Notes: a model not told the origin generated them from the sequence alone. Counted from the stretch's first letter, positions 28,344-38,760 are shown. The stretch is DNA of 64,000 nucleotides from Candidatus Aenigmatarchaeota archaeon (GCA_016198755.1 JACQIB010000004.1:128001-192000); one strand, 5' to 3'. Numbers and translations are program-made.

Positions 28344-29292
28344 TTCCGTCTTTCCAGAGCTTTCTCGAAACTCCCAGCCCCTTCCTTGCAAACTCTATCC
28401 AATATGGGGACTTATTGTAAGTTGAAGCTATCAGGTAGATAGCATATGTTGCCTGTATAAGTATTGGAATAGCTTCTGTCTCTTCTTTTGTAAGTTTTCT
28501 GATACTGTTGTATTTTTCCAGAACAAAATAGTATATTTTCCTGCATTTTCCCACAGAATTAACTGGAAAGAAAAGCGCAAGGAAAATTGCCAAATCAAGA
28601 ACAGAAGCATTGTAATCCATACAGCCCAAATCAATTATACACATATCCCCCTTGCTGTTCTTTAGAAAATGATGCCTCTGCAAATCCCCATGTATAATGG
28701 ATTTCCTAAACTTTGAAAAGTTTATTTTTCCAAACTCGCGCACAGCAGGTTCCACTAATTTTCTGTCTTTTTCCCGCAAAAACCTTTTCTTTTCCCTATA
28801 CTCCTTAACTAAATTAACTGTTCCCCACGAATCATAATTATGTTTTACTTTAAACCTCAGCCCGTGTATTTTTGCCATAAATTTTACAATATTATTAAGT
28901 TCTTTTTCAGAAACACTCCTCCCCTCAAAGCTTTTCCCAGTAAAAAACTCCATTAAACACATATAGCTTTTTCCAATTTTTAGCAAATATTTCCCTCTCG
29001 CTTTCAATAATTTTGGAGTTGGAACACCAGCTTTTCTGAATTCTACTAACCCTTTAACAACATCATTTATTTTTCTGAGAGTTTTTAATTTTGAGAAAAT
29101 CTTCAGCACATACTTTCCTTTTTTCGTCTCCAAAACGATATTCGCATCCTCAAAACCCATCTGTATAATCCTGTAATGCAAAACATTCCCAATCCTATAG
29201 GCTTCTGAAACCTTTTCTAATGCAGACTTCAAGGGAACCTGCAAGTCTACTCGTTTAAGAATATCCCCAGCTACAATATACTCTCTCATCAC
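28318..29292 (-). CDS. APH/homoserine-kinase-type-II-like phosphotransferase
   Basis: YVLKIF, IHGDL, IIDLG and DLAI motifs. Confidence 0.88.
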   Translation of the reverse strand: MMREYIVAGDILKRVDLQVPLKSALEKVSEAYRIGNVLHYRIIQMGFEDANIVLETKKGKYVLKIFSKLKTLRKINDVVKGLVEFRKAGVPTPKLLKARGKYLLKIGKSYMCLMEFFTGKSFEGRSVSEKELNNIVKFMAKIHGLRFKVKHNYDSWGTVNLVKEYREKKRFLREKDRKLVEPAVREFGKINFSKFRKSIIHGDLQRHHFLKNSKGDMCIIDLGCMDYNASVLDLAIFLALFFPVNSVGKCRKIYYFVLEKYNSIRKLTKEETEAIPILIQATYAIYLIASTYNKSPYWIEFARKGLGVSRKLWKDGTILDSPKL

Positions 29293-30983
29293 TTTTTCCC
29301 CTTCTGCTGCCCATAAATTGTTTTCAGCCTTTCCAAACTATCAGCTTCCTCTGGGGCTTTATCCGTGCGGATACGCAAAAACCTCGGAAATCTCAAACCA
29401 AAACCAGACTCGTATGTTGGAGATTTTTGTATCTCCTCATAAGCCACCTCAATAACAATTTTTGGCTTAAATTTTACTTCACTCTCCTTCTCTGAAAGAA
29501 TCAATGGCTTAAGAAGTTTTGTGAGCTGCTCAAAAGTTACACTGCCTTCTGTTTCCTTTTCTTTAACTCCAGTTCCCATCATTCCACAGTCTAAAAACTT
29601 TCCAGTATCAGGATCGCGACATCCCAAAAGCAGGGATCCAATCCATCCAGCTCTTTTTCCAGTCCCCCAAGTCCCCCCAACAATAACCAAATCCAGATTC
29701 TCCAGCGTGGGCTTAACTTTTAACCAGCCACCCGCAACCCTCCTCCCAGGCTGGTATAAAGCCTCAAGATTTTTAACCATTACTCCTTCCTGACTTTCAT
29801 TCAAAGCCTTCCTATAAAATTGATCTGCTTCTTTCAAGTTTTTTGTTCTTAATTGTTCCAAAAGCTCAATTTTTCCTTTCTGTGGAAAAACAATTTTCTC
29901 GAGCAAAGCTCTGCGTTCTTCCAATGTTTTTTCAAACAGACTTTCCCCATCCAGAAAAACAACATCAAACAAATTCAATTTTGCAGGAATTTCCTTTAAT
30001 GTTTTTTCTATATCATATTTTCTCTTTATCCTTTGGGAGAGGGCCTGGAAAGGCAAAGGCCTTTCAGTTTTTTTATCCACAGCAACACATTCCCCCTCTA
30101 CAATATAGTTCTCTGCGCGAATCCCTTTCTTGCAGTATTCTATAATATCCGGGAATTGTTTTGTTACATTTTCCAGTCTCCTTGTATAAACCCAGAACTG
30201 ATTTCCCTTTCTATGTACCTGTAATCTTGCTCCATCTATCTTCTGTTCAATCCCAACTTTCTCAAAGCTTTCTATCGCTTCTTTCAGTGTGGGTGCTTTC
30301 TCAGCAAGCAAAACAAAAACCGGGTTCCCAATCTTTATTCTCACTTTTTTCAACCCTTCCGTCCCCTCCTCCTTAGCTATCCTTGCAATTTCCCCATAAT
30401 CCTGATTTAAAAACCAGGCATTTTCCACATCTTCCGGGGATACAGAATAGGCTTTTGCAATTGCATCCCTTACAATACCTTCAGCCACACCAACCCTTAA
30501 CTGCTCTAAAACAGTGCGCACAATATACCTTGCTTCCAGAGGCTTTGCAGAAATAAGAAGTTCAGCAATAAAGTCCAGCTTCCTCTCCTGACTACCAGCT
30601 CCAGAAACCTCAGCCAGCTTTCTCAGGCCCTCGAAAATATGCTCTACTGTAAGTTCCTTTTTCCCAAAAGAACGCTGCTTTTTTTCCCTTGATAGTTCTT
30701 CAGCTGTTAATCCCAAATCCCCGCTCTTGTTAAACTGCTTTTGCACTTCCTCCGGAGAAATTCCTGCAGCTCTTGAAACCGCGCGTATCATTAATTGTAT
30801 GGCAACCCCAACTTCCTTATCAGACCAGACAGGAAAAACCCTTCCACCCAGCAAAAGTACAACCTGTTCCAAATCTGCAGCAGGCGTTTCTTTCAAAAGC
30901 TCAGAGACAACCTCTGCTTTCTTTATTTTGCCCGAGTGCTTTTCCAGCTCCGCATAAACCTCAACAAGAATAGAGTACTTCAT
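29289..30983 (-). CDS. lig: ATP-dependent DNA ligase
   Basis: EQKIDGARLQVH, EGVMVK, WLKVK, LRFPRF motifs. Confidence 0.98.
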   Translation of the reverse strand: MKYSILVEVYAELEKHSGKIKKAEVVSELLKETPAADLEQVVLLLGGRVFPVWSDKEVGVAIQLMIRAVSRAAGISPEEVQKQFNKSGDLGLTAEELSREKKQRSFGKKELTVEHIFEGLRKLAEVSGAGSQERKLDFIAELLISAKPLEARYIVRTVLEQLRVGVAEGIVRDAIAKAYSVSPEDVENAWFLNQDYGEIARIAKEEGTEGLKKVRIKIGNPVFVLLAEKAPTLKEAIESFEKVGIEQKIDGARLQVHRKGNQFWVYTRRLENVTKQFPDIIEYCKKGIRAENYIVEGECVAVDKKTERPLPFQALSQRIKRKYDIEKTLKEIPAKLNLFDVVFLDGESLFEKTLEERRALLEKIVFPQKGKIELLEQLRTKNLKEADQFYRKALNESQEGVMVKNLEALYQPGRRVAGGWLKVKPTLENLDLVIVGGTWGTGKRAGWIGSLLLGCRDPDTGKFLDCGMMGTGVKEKETEGSVTFEQLTKLLKPLILSEKESEVKFKPKIVIEVAYEEIQKSPTYESGFGLRFPRFLRIRTDKAPEEADSLERLKTIYGQQKGKK

Positions 30984-31016
30984 ACTGGAAAATTTGCAGA
31001 GCCAGAATAAAAGCTT

Positions 31017-31622
31017 TCAAACCGGCTGTTTAAGCGGCTCGTACCTATAAAGTGTGGCAAAATCAGCCTCTTTCTCTATTGACCTATCCACATCGCCAAT
31101 TACTTTGTGCTCCAGAGGCTTTAGCTCTGGAGGAGTGAGGTTCATTCTCCGCTTGATTAATTCCTGTATAACTTCATTGTCACTAGGTCTATGGTCTATT
31201 GGATCGAATTCGGGAGTTGTATAGAAGAAAAAACCCCCCGGAGTCAGGAACTTTAAAAATTCTGATGGCGGAAGCGCACTCCACCCCTCTGCAGCAGATG
31301 GATCATCAGCAGTAACGTTCATTCCAATTACCAAATCGAATCTCTCCCCTGCCCATGGATATTTTATATCAGCATGGACAGTTTTACTAGATTTTAAGCT
31401 GCAATCCTCAACACCCAAATCCAAGTAGTCTTTACTCAAGTCCATAGCATATACATCTGCAGCTGGATAGAGTACATATAATATTCTGGTGAAAAATCCG
31501 GGTCCAGAGCCCGCATCTAAAACCCTGCGCGGGTTAATTCCATATTTTTCTCCAGTTCTTTTCAAAAAAATGAGAGCACTATCTATTCTCTCCTCTCCCG
31601 GCATTCTAAATGATGGAATCAT
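31017..31622 (-). CDS. Class I SAM-dependent methyltransferase
   Basis: VLDAGSGPG, FDLV, LTPGG. Confidence 0.85.
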   Translation of the reverse strand: MIPSFRMPGEERIDSALIFLKRTGEKYGINPRRVLDAGSGPGFFTRILYVLYPAADVYAMDLSKDYLDLGVEDCSLKSSKTVHADIKYPWAGERFDLVIGMNVTADDPSAAEGWSALPPSEFLKFLTPGGFFFYTTPEFDPIDHRPSDNEVIQELIKRRMNLTPPELKPLEHKVIGDVDRSIEKEADFATLYRYEPLKQPV

Positions 31623-31711
31623 AAAAATAGTCTGATAGAAAACGATTAAAAGCTATTTCTTTTCTAGCAAAGACCAGAGTTATTAATCTTTATCTAGTCA
31701 TTATTTTTGAA

Positions 31712-32143
31712 ATGAGAAAAGTTGCAGTATCAACAGAAAAAGCTCCCGCACCAATAGGTCCGTATTCGCAGGCTGTTTTACATGATGGAAAATACACGCT
31801 TAATTTATCTGGCCAAATAGGAATAGACCCGAAAACAGGGAAATTAGTCAGTGGTATAGAAGCCCAGACAAGACAGGCTCTAGAAAATGTAGGTGGAATT
31901 TTATCTGCGGTGGGATGGGGTTATGAGAATGTAACATCTGTTACAGTATACTTAGTGGATATGAAAGACTATCCAACAGTAAATAGATTGTATGAAAGGA
32001 TGTTTTCTGACACTAAACCAGCTAGAGCTGTTGTTGGTGTATCCTCTCTTCCACTGGGAGCTTTAGTGGAAATCCAGTGTGAGGCAGCAGGCGACACTGT
32101 TCCCCGCAGACTACTGGAAACTCCAGTTATGAATAATGCATGA
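31712..32143 (+). CDS. ridA: RidA/YjgF family deaminase
   Basis: APAPIGPYSQA, SGQIG, PARA.V.V..LP.GALVEI. Confidence 0.93.
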   Translation: MRKVAVSTEKAPAPIGPYSQAVLHDGKYTLNLSGQIGIDPKTGKLVSGIEAQTRQALENVGGILSAVGWGYENVTSVTVYLVDMKDYPTVNRLYERMFSDTKPARAVVGVSSLPLGALVEIQCEAAGDTVPRRLLETPVMNNA

Positions 32144-32151
32144 AACCGCCG

Positions 32152-32289
32152 CTATAGCAAATCGCTTATTTTTTTGTTTCTATGTACCTTTTCCTGTCCA
32201 GATTTCACCCTCCTATCCAGTTCTATCAGAGAGTTCACAAAGCTGGGTTTGAAGGGCGGTTCAAGCACTCTTTCTTCAAATTGTACCAT
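32152..32289 (-). CDS. 45-aa small protein, antitoxin-like (possible DUF2683-like remnant)
   Basis: MVQFEERVLEPPFKPSFVNSLIELDRRVKSGQEKVHRNKKISDLL; AGGTGA RBS. Confidence 0.55.
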   Translation of the reverse strand: MVQFEERVLEPPFKPSFVNSLIELDRRVKSGQEKVHRNKKISDLL

Positions 32290-32311
32290 ATTATTTCACC
32301 TTGCCCAATCT

Positions 32312-32662
32312 CTAGGCGGGAATGGGATGCTTTGTTTCTGTAGATTTTTTACTTTCTAAAATCTCTTTTGAAGCCATATCAGCAAGGGTCAATTCCAATT
32401 CTATTATTTTTTTGACTACCGGACTCTCTTCATTAAGCTTATATAATTTTGTTTTCCCAAAAATCCTGGACACCTTTACGATGTTTGTTTTATCTAGCTT
32501 GTTCCAGTATTTAAAAAGCGTAAGCCTTCCAATTCCCGATCCCTCCGCTATCTGCTTTTTTGAATAATCAAAGAGTCTATTTTCTAGAAGGAAATCTATA
32601 ATTCTTATGATAGGATGGTTTCCTAAATACTCAATGAGTACGGATTTTTCAGTTTCTTGCAT
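32312..32662 (-). CDS. Winged-helix DNA-binding protein
   Basis: P.IRIIDFL...DYSKKQIAEGSGIGR.TL...KLYKLN. Confidence 0.85.
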   Translation of the reverse strand: MQETEKSVLIEYLGNHPIIRIIDFLLENRLFDYSKKQIAEGSGIGRLTLFKYWNKLDKTNIVKVSRIFGKTKLYKLNEESPVVKKIIELELTLADMASKEILESKKSTETKHPIPA

Positions 32663-32768
32663 ACACAACAACCTTTGAAAGTTTGTTTAAATATACTTTG
32701 AACGGTAAGTTTATATATAAGTGCCCTTATATGTATATACATATTCGAGAGAATATAATGTGGTAAAA

Positions 32769-33095
32769 ATGGATTACACAACAATTAAAATACCAGAACA
32801 AACCTATGAACTTACTAAAAGATTGCAAGCGGAAATAGCAAAAAACGGATTCAAAAATCTCCCACTCGAAGTTAAAGGTTTACTTGCAGACAAAACATGT
32901 CCCTTTGATTTTAACACCCTACAAAAAAATGAAGAATTAGGATATAATTGGTATATATGTAGAAAATGCAATTACCAGAAACAAATTGTAGATACATATC
33001 AAGCTAGTACACAAGAGATATTGGGATCTATTGCACTGGCGGCTATTATAACATTGGGTCTTGTTGCACTCGCAAATTACTTAGCAAAAAAGTGA
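32769..33095 (+). CDS. Ribbon-helix-like N-terminus, Cys-containing ribbon and C-terminal TM protein
   Basis: YTTIKIP..TY, CPFD...CRKC, hydrophobic C-terminus. Confidence 0.7.
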   Translation: MDYTTIKIPEQTYELTKRLQAEIAKNGFKNLPLEVKGLLADKTCPFDFNTLQKNEELGYNWYICRKCNYQKQIVDTYQASTQEILGSIALAAIITLGLVALANYLAKK

Positions 33096-33099
33096 TAGT

Positions 33100-33378
33100 A
33101 TGTCTGCCAAAATATCCGATGAACAGATAGAGGCAGACATACTCCACAAACTTTACAGAAAAAGAAAATGGGGCGCTTCTCATACAGATTTTACACATTT
33201 GTATAAAGGCGTCCCTCCAGAGTACGTCAGAGAGTATAAACAAATGGCAGAAAAGCTGATTCGAGAAGGCGTAATATTACGCAAGATAACATCTTATGGA
33301 TTACACGTTTCCCTAAATCCCAATATGAGCAAATATATAAAAGTTCGTATTAGGAAATTCTTTGAAAATATAATCTAA
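33100..33378 (+). CDS. Small basic winged-helix-like protein
   Basis: 92 aa; KLIREGVILRK..SYGLHVSLNP. Confidence 0.75.
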   Translation: MSAKISDEQIEADILHKLYRKRKWGASHTDFTHLYKGVPPEYVREYKQMAEKLIREGVILRKITSYGLHVSLNPNMSKYIKVRIRKFFENII

Positions 33379-33779
33379 CTTTTCATTTTGATAGCTTCCA
33401 GCGCCTTTTCAGCCAGCTCTTTCAGGTTATTATACCCAATTCTTTCTAAAACTTCTTTCAGTTCAACCCATTCTGCTCCCTTAATTTCCCACTGTACCTT
33501 TATTTCCCCTGTCCCCCCCATTAGGAAAACATGAACAGTTTTAGCAATTGTTTTACCATCCCTCCTGTAAAAATACTTGTTCTCCCCCAGCTTTTCCAGT
33601 ATTTTTGCCTCAATCCCAGTCTCCTCTTTCACTTCTCTCAAAGCAGCCTGTTCAGGAGTCTCTCCCTTTTCTATTAATCCTTTTGGCACAGCCCATTTCC
33701 CATAACTGTCCAGAATAAGAAGCATTTTTCTGCTCTTTTTGTCCCATACAAACCCACCCGCAGAAACCTCGATTGGCAT
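33375..33779 (-). CDS. NUDIX hydrolase
   Basis: Nudix box GLIEKGETPEQAALREVKEETG. Confidence 0.95.
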   Translation of the reverse strand: MPIEVSAGGFVWDKKSRKMLLILDSYGKWAVPKGLIEKGETPEQAALREVKEETGIEAKILEKLGENKYFYRRDGKTIAKTVHVFLMGGTGEIKVQWEIKGAEWVELKEVLERIGYNNLKELAEKALEAIKMKS

Positions 33780-33885
33780 GCTAAATATTCGTTTCACAGG
33801 AATATTAACATATCACAAAATATTAACCACTTTAAAGTAACAAACAATAGTTAGCTTTATATAGAACTTCAACCCTATTATTTGT

Positions 33886-34242
33886 ATGGCATTTAATGGT
33901 TCGGCTGGTGGAAAAGCATTTCCCTTGGATGACAGCCACCTTTGTGGAAGGGAAGATGTACAGGCTATTCTAACAACATATAAAGGCCCTCTAGAAACTG
34001 CAATGAGAAAAGACTTTTTCTCTGGCTACTGTCCTGAAACAAGAAGGGATTTGGGGCAGAGAACAGTGATTAATACTGCCAGAGTAATGAGAGGTATGCA
34101 AGACGATCCTGCGCTTGCTCCATATTTTCAAAGCCCAGCACAAAAACTGGAAGCAATAGGAAGATATGTTAGGGATATAAGATTGGAATTGATGGAAGAG
34201 CTGGACAGGGAAGCTACTCTTGACAGGTCTGCAAGGGACTAG
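33886..34242 (+). CDS. Hypothetical protein
   Basis: 118 aa ORF with upstream TATA. Confidence 0.65.
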   Translation: MAFNGSAGGKAFPLDDSHLCGREDVQAILTTYKGPLETAMRKDFFSGYCPETRRDLGQRTVINTARVMRGMQDDPALAPYFQSPAQKLEAIGRYVRDIRLELMEELDREATLDRSARD

Positions 34243-34302
34243 ATAATCTATTGGCAACGGAACTGCTTTATAAATGTGAACATATAATATTTTATTGATA
34301 AA

Positions 34303-34962
34303 ATGTCCACTAGCACAAGCTCTGTTGTAGTAGCATTAATTATTGTTGTTCTTATTGGTTTATTTTTCTTACAGGTTTCTACTGGTTATATTACTACTAA
34401 TGGAGCATCAGTAACTCTTCCAGCTCCTGGAGGAAAACCAGATCTATATGTGAAAAGCATTAGTTTTTCCAATGGGAATTTAGTTACTGAAGTCGGGAAT
34501 AAAGGAGGTTTGGCTGCTACAATAAATGAAGATACTGTAGAGGCAGGAATACTCGGGAAGGATGGTATAGGACCTACAAAAGGATTATGCACTAATGAGG
34601 GAGCATATTGCAGCCCTGTATTTTACCCAAAATGCGGCGGGATAAAGCGTGCTGTTTGCAATACTAACACAAATCCAGGGCATTATTGTGCTTGTGGTTT
34701 CCCTTATGGAGATAATGAAAACAGTATAAAAAGCTATACAGTTCCGGCAGGTGGCAGCATCAAATTAAGCAAGTCTGTTTCCGGAATACCTGCGGATGAG
34801 TACCAGTTTGTTGTATCACTAGATACAAAGAATACTATAGCTGAGGCTGATGAAAACAATAACCAGCTTGCTAAAAATATAAAAATAACAGCTTCTACAC
34901 TTTCTCCTTTAGGCACACTATATAATAGGATAATATGCACAATTTTTAAGACTTCTTGCTGA
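34303..34962 (+). CDS. CARDB-domain surface protein with Cys-rich insert
   Basis: N-terminal TM; PDLYV..I and D..NTIAEADENNN CARDB termini; six-Cys insert. Confidence 0.85.
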   Translation: MSTSTSSVVVALIIVVLIGLFFLQVSTGYITTNGASVTLPAPGGKPDLYVKSISFSNGNLVTEVGNKGGLAATINEDTVEAGILGKDGIGPTKGLCTNEGAYCSPVFYPKCGGIKRAVCNTNTNPGHYCACGFPYGDNENSIKSYTVPAGGSIKLSKSVSGIPADEYQFVVSLDTKNTIAEADENNNQLAKNIKITASTLSPLGTLYNRIICTIFKTSC

Positions 34963-35006
34963 TAGCTACGCAGTAGGCTTAAATATTTGGAAATCTATTC
35001 TGAGGT

Positions 35007-35645
35007 ATGGTTTTTAAGGAGCTGGCGGCTTTTGGCGGGAAAAAGAAGCCTTCTCAGAGGGATTTGGCGGAGGCTGTTCTGAAAGCTATACATACAATGG
35101 GTTTTGTAAGGCATTTTAAGGAAAAGGATATACCGCAGGATGTTCTGGATATGGTTTTGGAAGCTGGGACTAAAGCTCCGAGTGCTGGAAACCACCAACC
35201 ATGGGAATTTATAGTTGTTAGAGAAGAAGGGTTGAAAAAACATATACAGGAAGCTAGTTTTGAGGAAGACTGGATGATTTATGCTCCAGTCTATGTTGTT
35301 GTTTGTATAAACACTAAAATAGCTGCAACTACTTTTGGAGAGAGAGGAGAAAAGCTATATGGTATACAGGATACTGCAGCTGCAGCAGAGAACATGCTTT
35401 TGGCTGCCCATTCCCTTGGTTTGGGAGTAAGCTGGGTTGGTGGGTTCTCAGAACCGCAGGTTAAAACCCTTTTAGAATGCCCTGAATTTATCAGACCTGC
35501 AGCAATACTTTTGTTAGGCTGGCCAGCAGAAGAACCTGAATTGCACCCTCGCCATCCCTTATCACAGGTTTCCCATTATGAAAGATTTGGGAACAATGAG
35601 CAGTTTAAAAGATCAAACCCGCGCGAGCGCAGATATTCTCACTAG
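35007..35645 (+). CDS. Nitroreductase family protein
   Basis: APSAGNHQPWEFIVV, AAENMLLAAHSLGLG. Confidence 0.95.
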   Translation: MVFKELAAFGGKKKPSQRDLAEAVLKAIHTMGFVRHFKEKDIPQDVLDMVLEAGTKAPSAGNHQPWEFIVVREEGLKKHIQEASFEEDWMIYAPVYVVVCINTKIAATTFGERGEKLYGIQDTAAAAENMLLAAHSLGLGVSWVGGFSEPQVKTLLECPEFIRPAAILLLGWPAEEPELHPRHPLSQVSHYERFGNNEQFKRSNPRERRYSH

Positions 35646-35697
35646 CAAAAACCCATGCTTTCTTAAAGGTTTCTTTCCAACTAAGTTTGGTTAATTT

Positions 35698-36876
35698 ATG
35701 GTATTGAAAGGCAATATAAAGGGAAGAGCAGAATATTTAGGGAAAGGACAAATTACAGACAACCCGCTATTTAATGTAGGAGTTGGAAAATTTGAAGCTT
35801 GGTTAGAAGGAAGCCAGCAGAGAGGATTGGTATATGGCGGTCCAGGTTCTGGAAAAACCTTCCTTTTAAGGCATTTTGCAGACAGCGCTGGAATAGTACA
35901 TTATACTTTAGACAAGGAAACATACGAAATGAAGCATTTGTCTTCTCCTAGAGGGGATGAAAAGATAGTTGTATGCGATGATGCCAATTATGCACTGAAG
36001 GCTGCTAGGATACGGGAACTTAGGGGTGAAAGGGGGATAGTTAACGAAGTTGTAGAACGTATTTTGGGGCTTGAAACAGAAGCTGAAAAATCAGGGCAAA
36101 GATTTTTGCTTGCAAGCACAGAGAATATTGGAACTCTTGCCAGCAGGATAAAAGATCCTGAAACAAGGACAAAATTCGTGCGCAGGTTTGCTGATGTTTG
36201 CACTCACTACGATGTGGGTGCTTTAAAGTATGCGGGTCTTCCACCTATTATAGAAATAGAACATTTAGATAATGTTATAGAAAGAGAGTTTGATCCTAAT
36301 GCCAAGCACGAAGGATTTAGAATTAGCGGTGCTGAGCGTGAACTTGAACTTATAGTTAGAGAAAGTTTTGGTATGAAAAATATACCATTTTTATGGAAAT
36401 ATAATTGGGAATTCGAAAGCCAAGATCGTAAAACAAAAAAATGGGTAATGGATCATGATAGTATGTTTATTATTGATTTGAAATTACTTAACTCTTTCGA
36501 TGCTATATCACATTTGAATATTGGTTGGAAATTAAATAGCTATATGTATCTCTCTACTTTAAGAAAACTTTATTTAGCACAATCAGAATTAGGCAGAATT
36601 TCAATTAATTCTATAAATAGATATCTCGATAAAATACCCGCATCCAGCAGGTTACCAGTACCAATAAGCAGAGCTATTCCAGAGTCCAAATTGCCAAATG
36701 ACGAATGGCATTTCACAACTGATAGCAGGCCCTTAGGTACTATAAAATTTGTTCTGGATACAATATACAGGGAGGCTATGCACGATACACTGTCCACTGC
36801 ACGGGAGCTTTTCAGTGCACCAACAGATCAGGAAGCTGAAGCAGTTCTGCTTGGAACAGCTATAGCTGCGGAGTAA
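35698..36876 (+). CDS. P-loop ATPase with uncharacterised C-terminal domain
   Basis: Walker A GGPGSGKT, Walker B IVVCDD. Confidence 0.8.
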   Translation: MVLKGNIKGRAEYLGKGQITDNPLFNVGVGKFEAWLEGSQQRGLVYGGPGSGKTFLLRHFADSAGIVHYTLDKETYEMKHLSSPRGDEKIVVCDDANYALKAARIRELRGERGIVNEVVERILGLETEAEKSGQRFLLASTENIGTLASRIKDPETRTKFVRRFADVCTHYDVGALKYAGLPPIIEIEHLDNVIEREFDPNAKHEGFRISGAERELELIVRESFGMKNIPFLWKYNWEFESQDRKTKKWVMDHDSMFIIDLKLLNSFDAISHLNIGWKLNSYMYLSTLRKLYLAQSELGRISINSINRYLDKIPASSRLPVPISRAIPESKLPNDEWHFTTDSRPLGTIKFVLDTIYREAMHDTLSTARELFSAPTDQEAEAVLLGTAIAAE

Positions 36877-36888
36877 CAAGTGAATTTT

Positions 36889-37488
36889 ATGAGTGACAGG
36901 ATTTTGCTTTCTATAGCACATGGAAGAAAAGAACTTTTAGATATGGTAGAACAGGCCATTGGACTATATGCGCCTAAAACTCTTGGTTTAGAGCTTCCGC
37001 CTTCTTATGAGGAAATGTACAGGAATGGCGTGGATGTGAGCTTTCTAGGTCCTTTGTCAAGATATGCAAAAGAAGGCAGGATAGGTGTTATACCCCTTGA
37101 TGATGAAGACCTTAGTGCCTGTCATTTAATGCTTGGCATGGCAAAGGAAGAATTGAAGGGTAATAATGAAATTGGAAAAACAAGGCAAAGGATAGCACAA
37201 ATTAGGGCCAATAGTAAAATGCTAGAACATAAAAGGAACTATGCTGCCGCTTATCTTGGAAGAAGAATTGATCTTGCTGAGAAAACACTTTCTGCCCTAA
37301 AAGAACTCACAAGAGAGGAAGCTCTTGCGGAAGTTGGAAAAGAATTCAAATTGAAGCTTTCCCAGCAGGCAATACACGCAAGAAAGATTATTGAGGAGAG
37401 AGCACCAGACATGGTAGCTCTTATAGATCAGGGAGCTAATTTACTTGCCCCACTTATACCTGACTATACTGTTGTTGTAGTGGCTTAA
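36889..37488 (+). CDS. Hypothetical protein
   Basis: About 200 aa ORF co-oriented with the ATPase. Confidence 0.7.
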   Translation: MSDRILLSIAHGRKELLDMVEQAIGLYAPKTLGLELPPSYEEMYRNGVDVSFLGPLSRYAKEGRIGVIPLDDEDLSACHLMLGMAKEELKGNNEIGKTRQRIAQIRANSKMLEHKRNYAAAYLGRRIDLAEKTLSALKELTREEALAEVGKEFKLKLSQQAIHARKIIEERAPDMVALIDQGANLLAPLIPDYTVVVVA

Positions 37489-37655
37489 GCAGGCTTTCTA
37501 TAAGCCTATTTATGCTTTTAATATTGACGAAGAATATAATGATGGGAGCTATCATTTCAAGGATCCTTTTATCCCAAAGGAGGGCAAAATACCCGCCAGT
37601 GAAATTGGAGAATGGATTATAACATATCCTGTAGCTTATATGCTCTCTATATAGT

Positions 37656-38687
37656 TTACCTTCCAAAAAAATTCCATCTGCTTTGGGTTGTAGCTGCCAC
37701 CAATTCTCTGTCAGAGCTTTTCATCAGCCCCAGTTTCAAAGCTTCCGGAAGCGGCAGGCTCTTTAATCTTCTAAGCCCATCCCTGTATGGACTATCAACT
37801 GCGCAGGAAGGTGCATAGTTTGTATCCTCCGCATATCCTAATTCCTGTGAAACCTGATCAGAAACCCAGGAAGCAAATCCCTCCCTTAACATTTTTGATC
37901 CACGCATTTTATTTTCATAAGATCCTAGTTTATCTCCCCGTTCTTTTACCAAACTTCTATATTTTGTCATTTTATCATTGAAAGTCGTTGTATGTCCATT
38001 AAATATTGGTATTAGTCTAAGCATAGCATTGCTGAACGCATCTGATGTAAGTGGGGCTTGAGCAGGTTCCACACCTTTAATTTTACATAGTTCATTCCAG
38101 AGTGCTTGCATAGAACCTTCTAAAGCAACAAATTCTTTTGCATCCATTCCTATAGCTCCATACTCAAACTGCGGTATATGCCCTAATTCATGTGCAAGAA
38201 CCCTCTGAAAACGTTCCTTAGGCAGAGACAGCCTTGGGTCTGTATACATCTCTATAATGTATCTCCACTCTCCATCAACTACGCGGGGAATAGTTAATCC
38301 CCTATCTACAACACCAGCCATTCCTTTTACAAGTTCTACTTGTATAGCAGAAATATCCCCTGTTAATCCCGATTTATCTAAACTCCCTTCCAAAGCTTCA
38401 TCATACCTTTGTTCTTCTGTTAGTAAAGTTGCTTTTACCCTATCATAAGGTATAAATTCCTCCCTACCTTCACCATCAAATAATTCTTTAAATTCACCAA
38501 CAACTTCATCTGCAGCTGTTTGAAATTCAGCAGAAGCAGGAACAATGCCCAATGACCTGTGCATATTAGAAAGGCCCCTTTCAGCTATGATATCAAAAAC
38601 ACCATCCAGCTGTTCTTCTGGTAATTCTCTCAATGCCTGTTGGATAACAGCCTTAGGCTGCACCATCTCTACAGCTAGCCTTCCCAT
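37656..38687 (-). CDS. Putative zincin metalloprotease
   Basis: VLAHELGH and downstream REGFA.WV. Confidence 0.75.
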   Translation of the reverse strand: MGRLAVEMVQPKAVIQQALRELPEEQLDGVFDIIAERGLSNMHRSLGIVPASAEFQTAADEVVGEFKELFDGEGREEFIPYDRVKATLLTEEQRYDEALEGSLDKSGLTGDISAIQVELVKGMAGVVDRGLTIPRVVDGEWRYIIEMYTDPRLSLPKERFQRVLAHELGHIPQFEYGAIGMDAKEFVALEGSMQALWNELCKIKGVEPAQAPLTSDAFSNAMLRLIPIFNGHTTTFNDKMTKYRSLVKERGDKLGSYENKMRGSKMLREGFASWVSDQVSQELGYAEDTNYAPSCAVDSPYRDGLRRLKSLPLPEALKLGLMKSSDRELVAATTQSRWNFFGR

Positions 38688-38760
38688 ACTATATAATTGG
38701 TTCTAGGTTGTATATAAAGCTTTTATCACTTACAAGTGGTAATATAATTGACTCTTAGCC

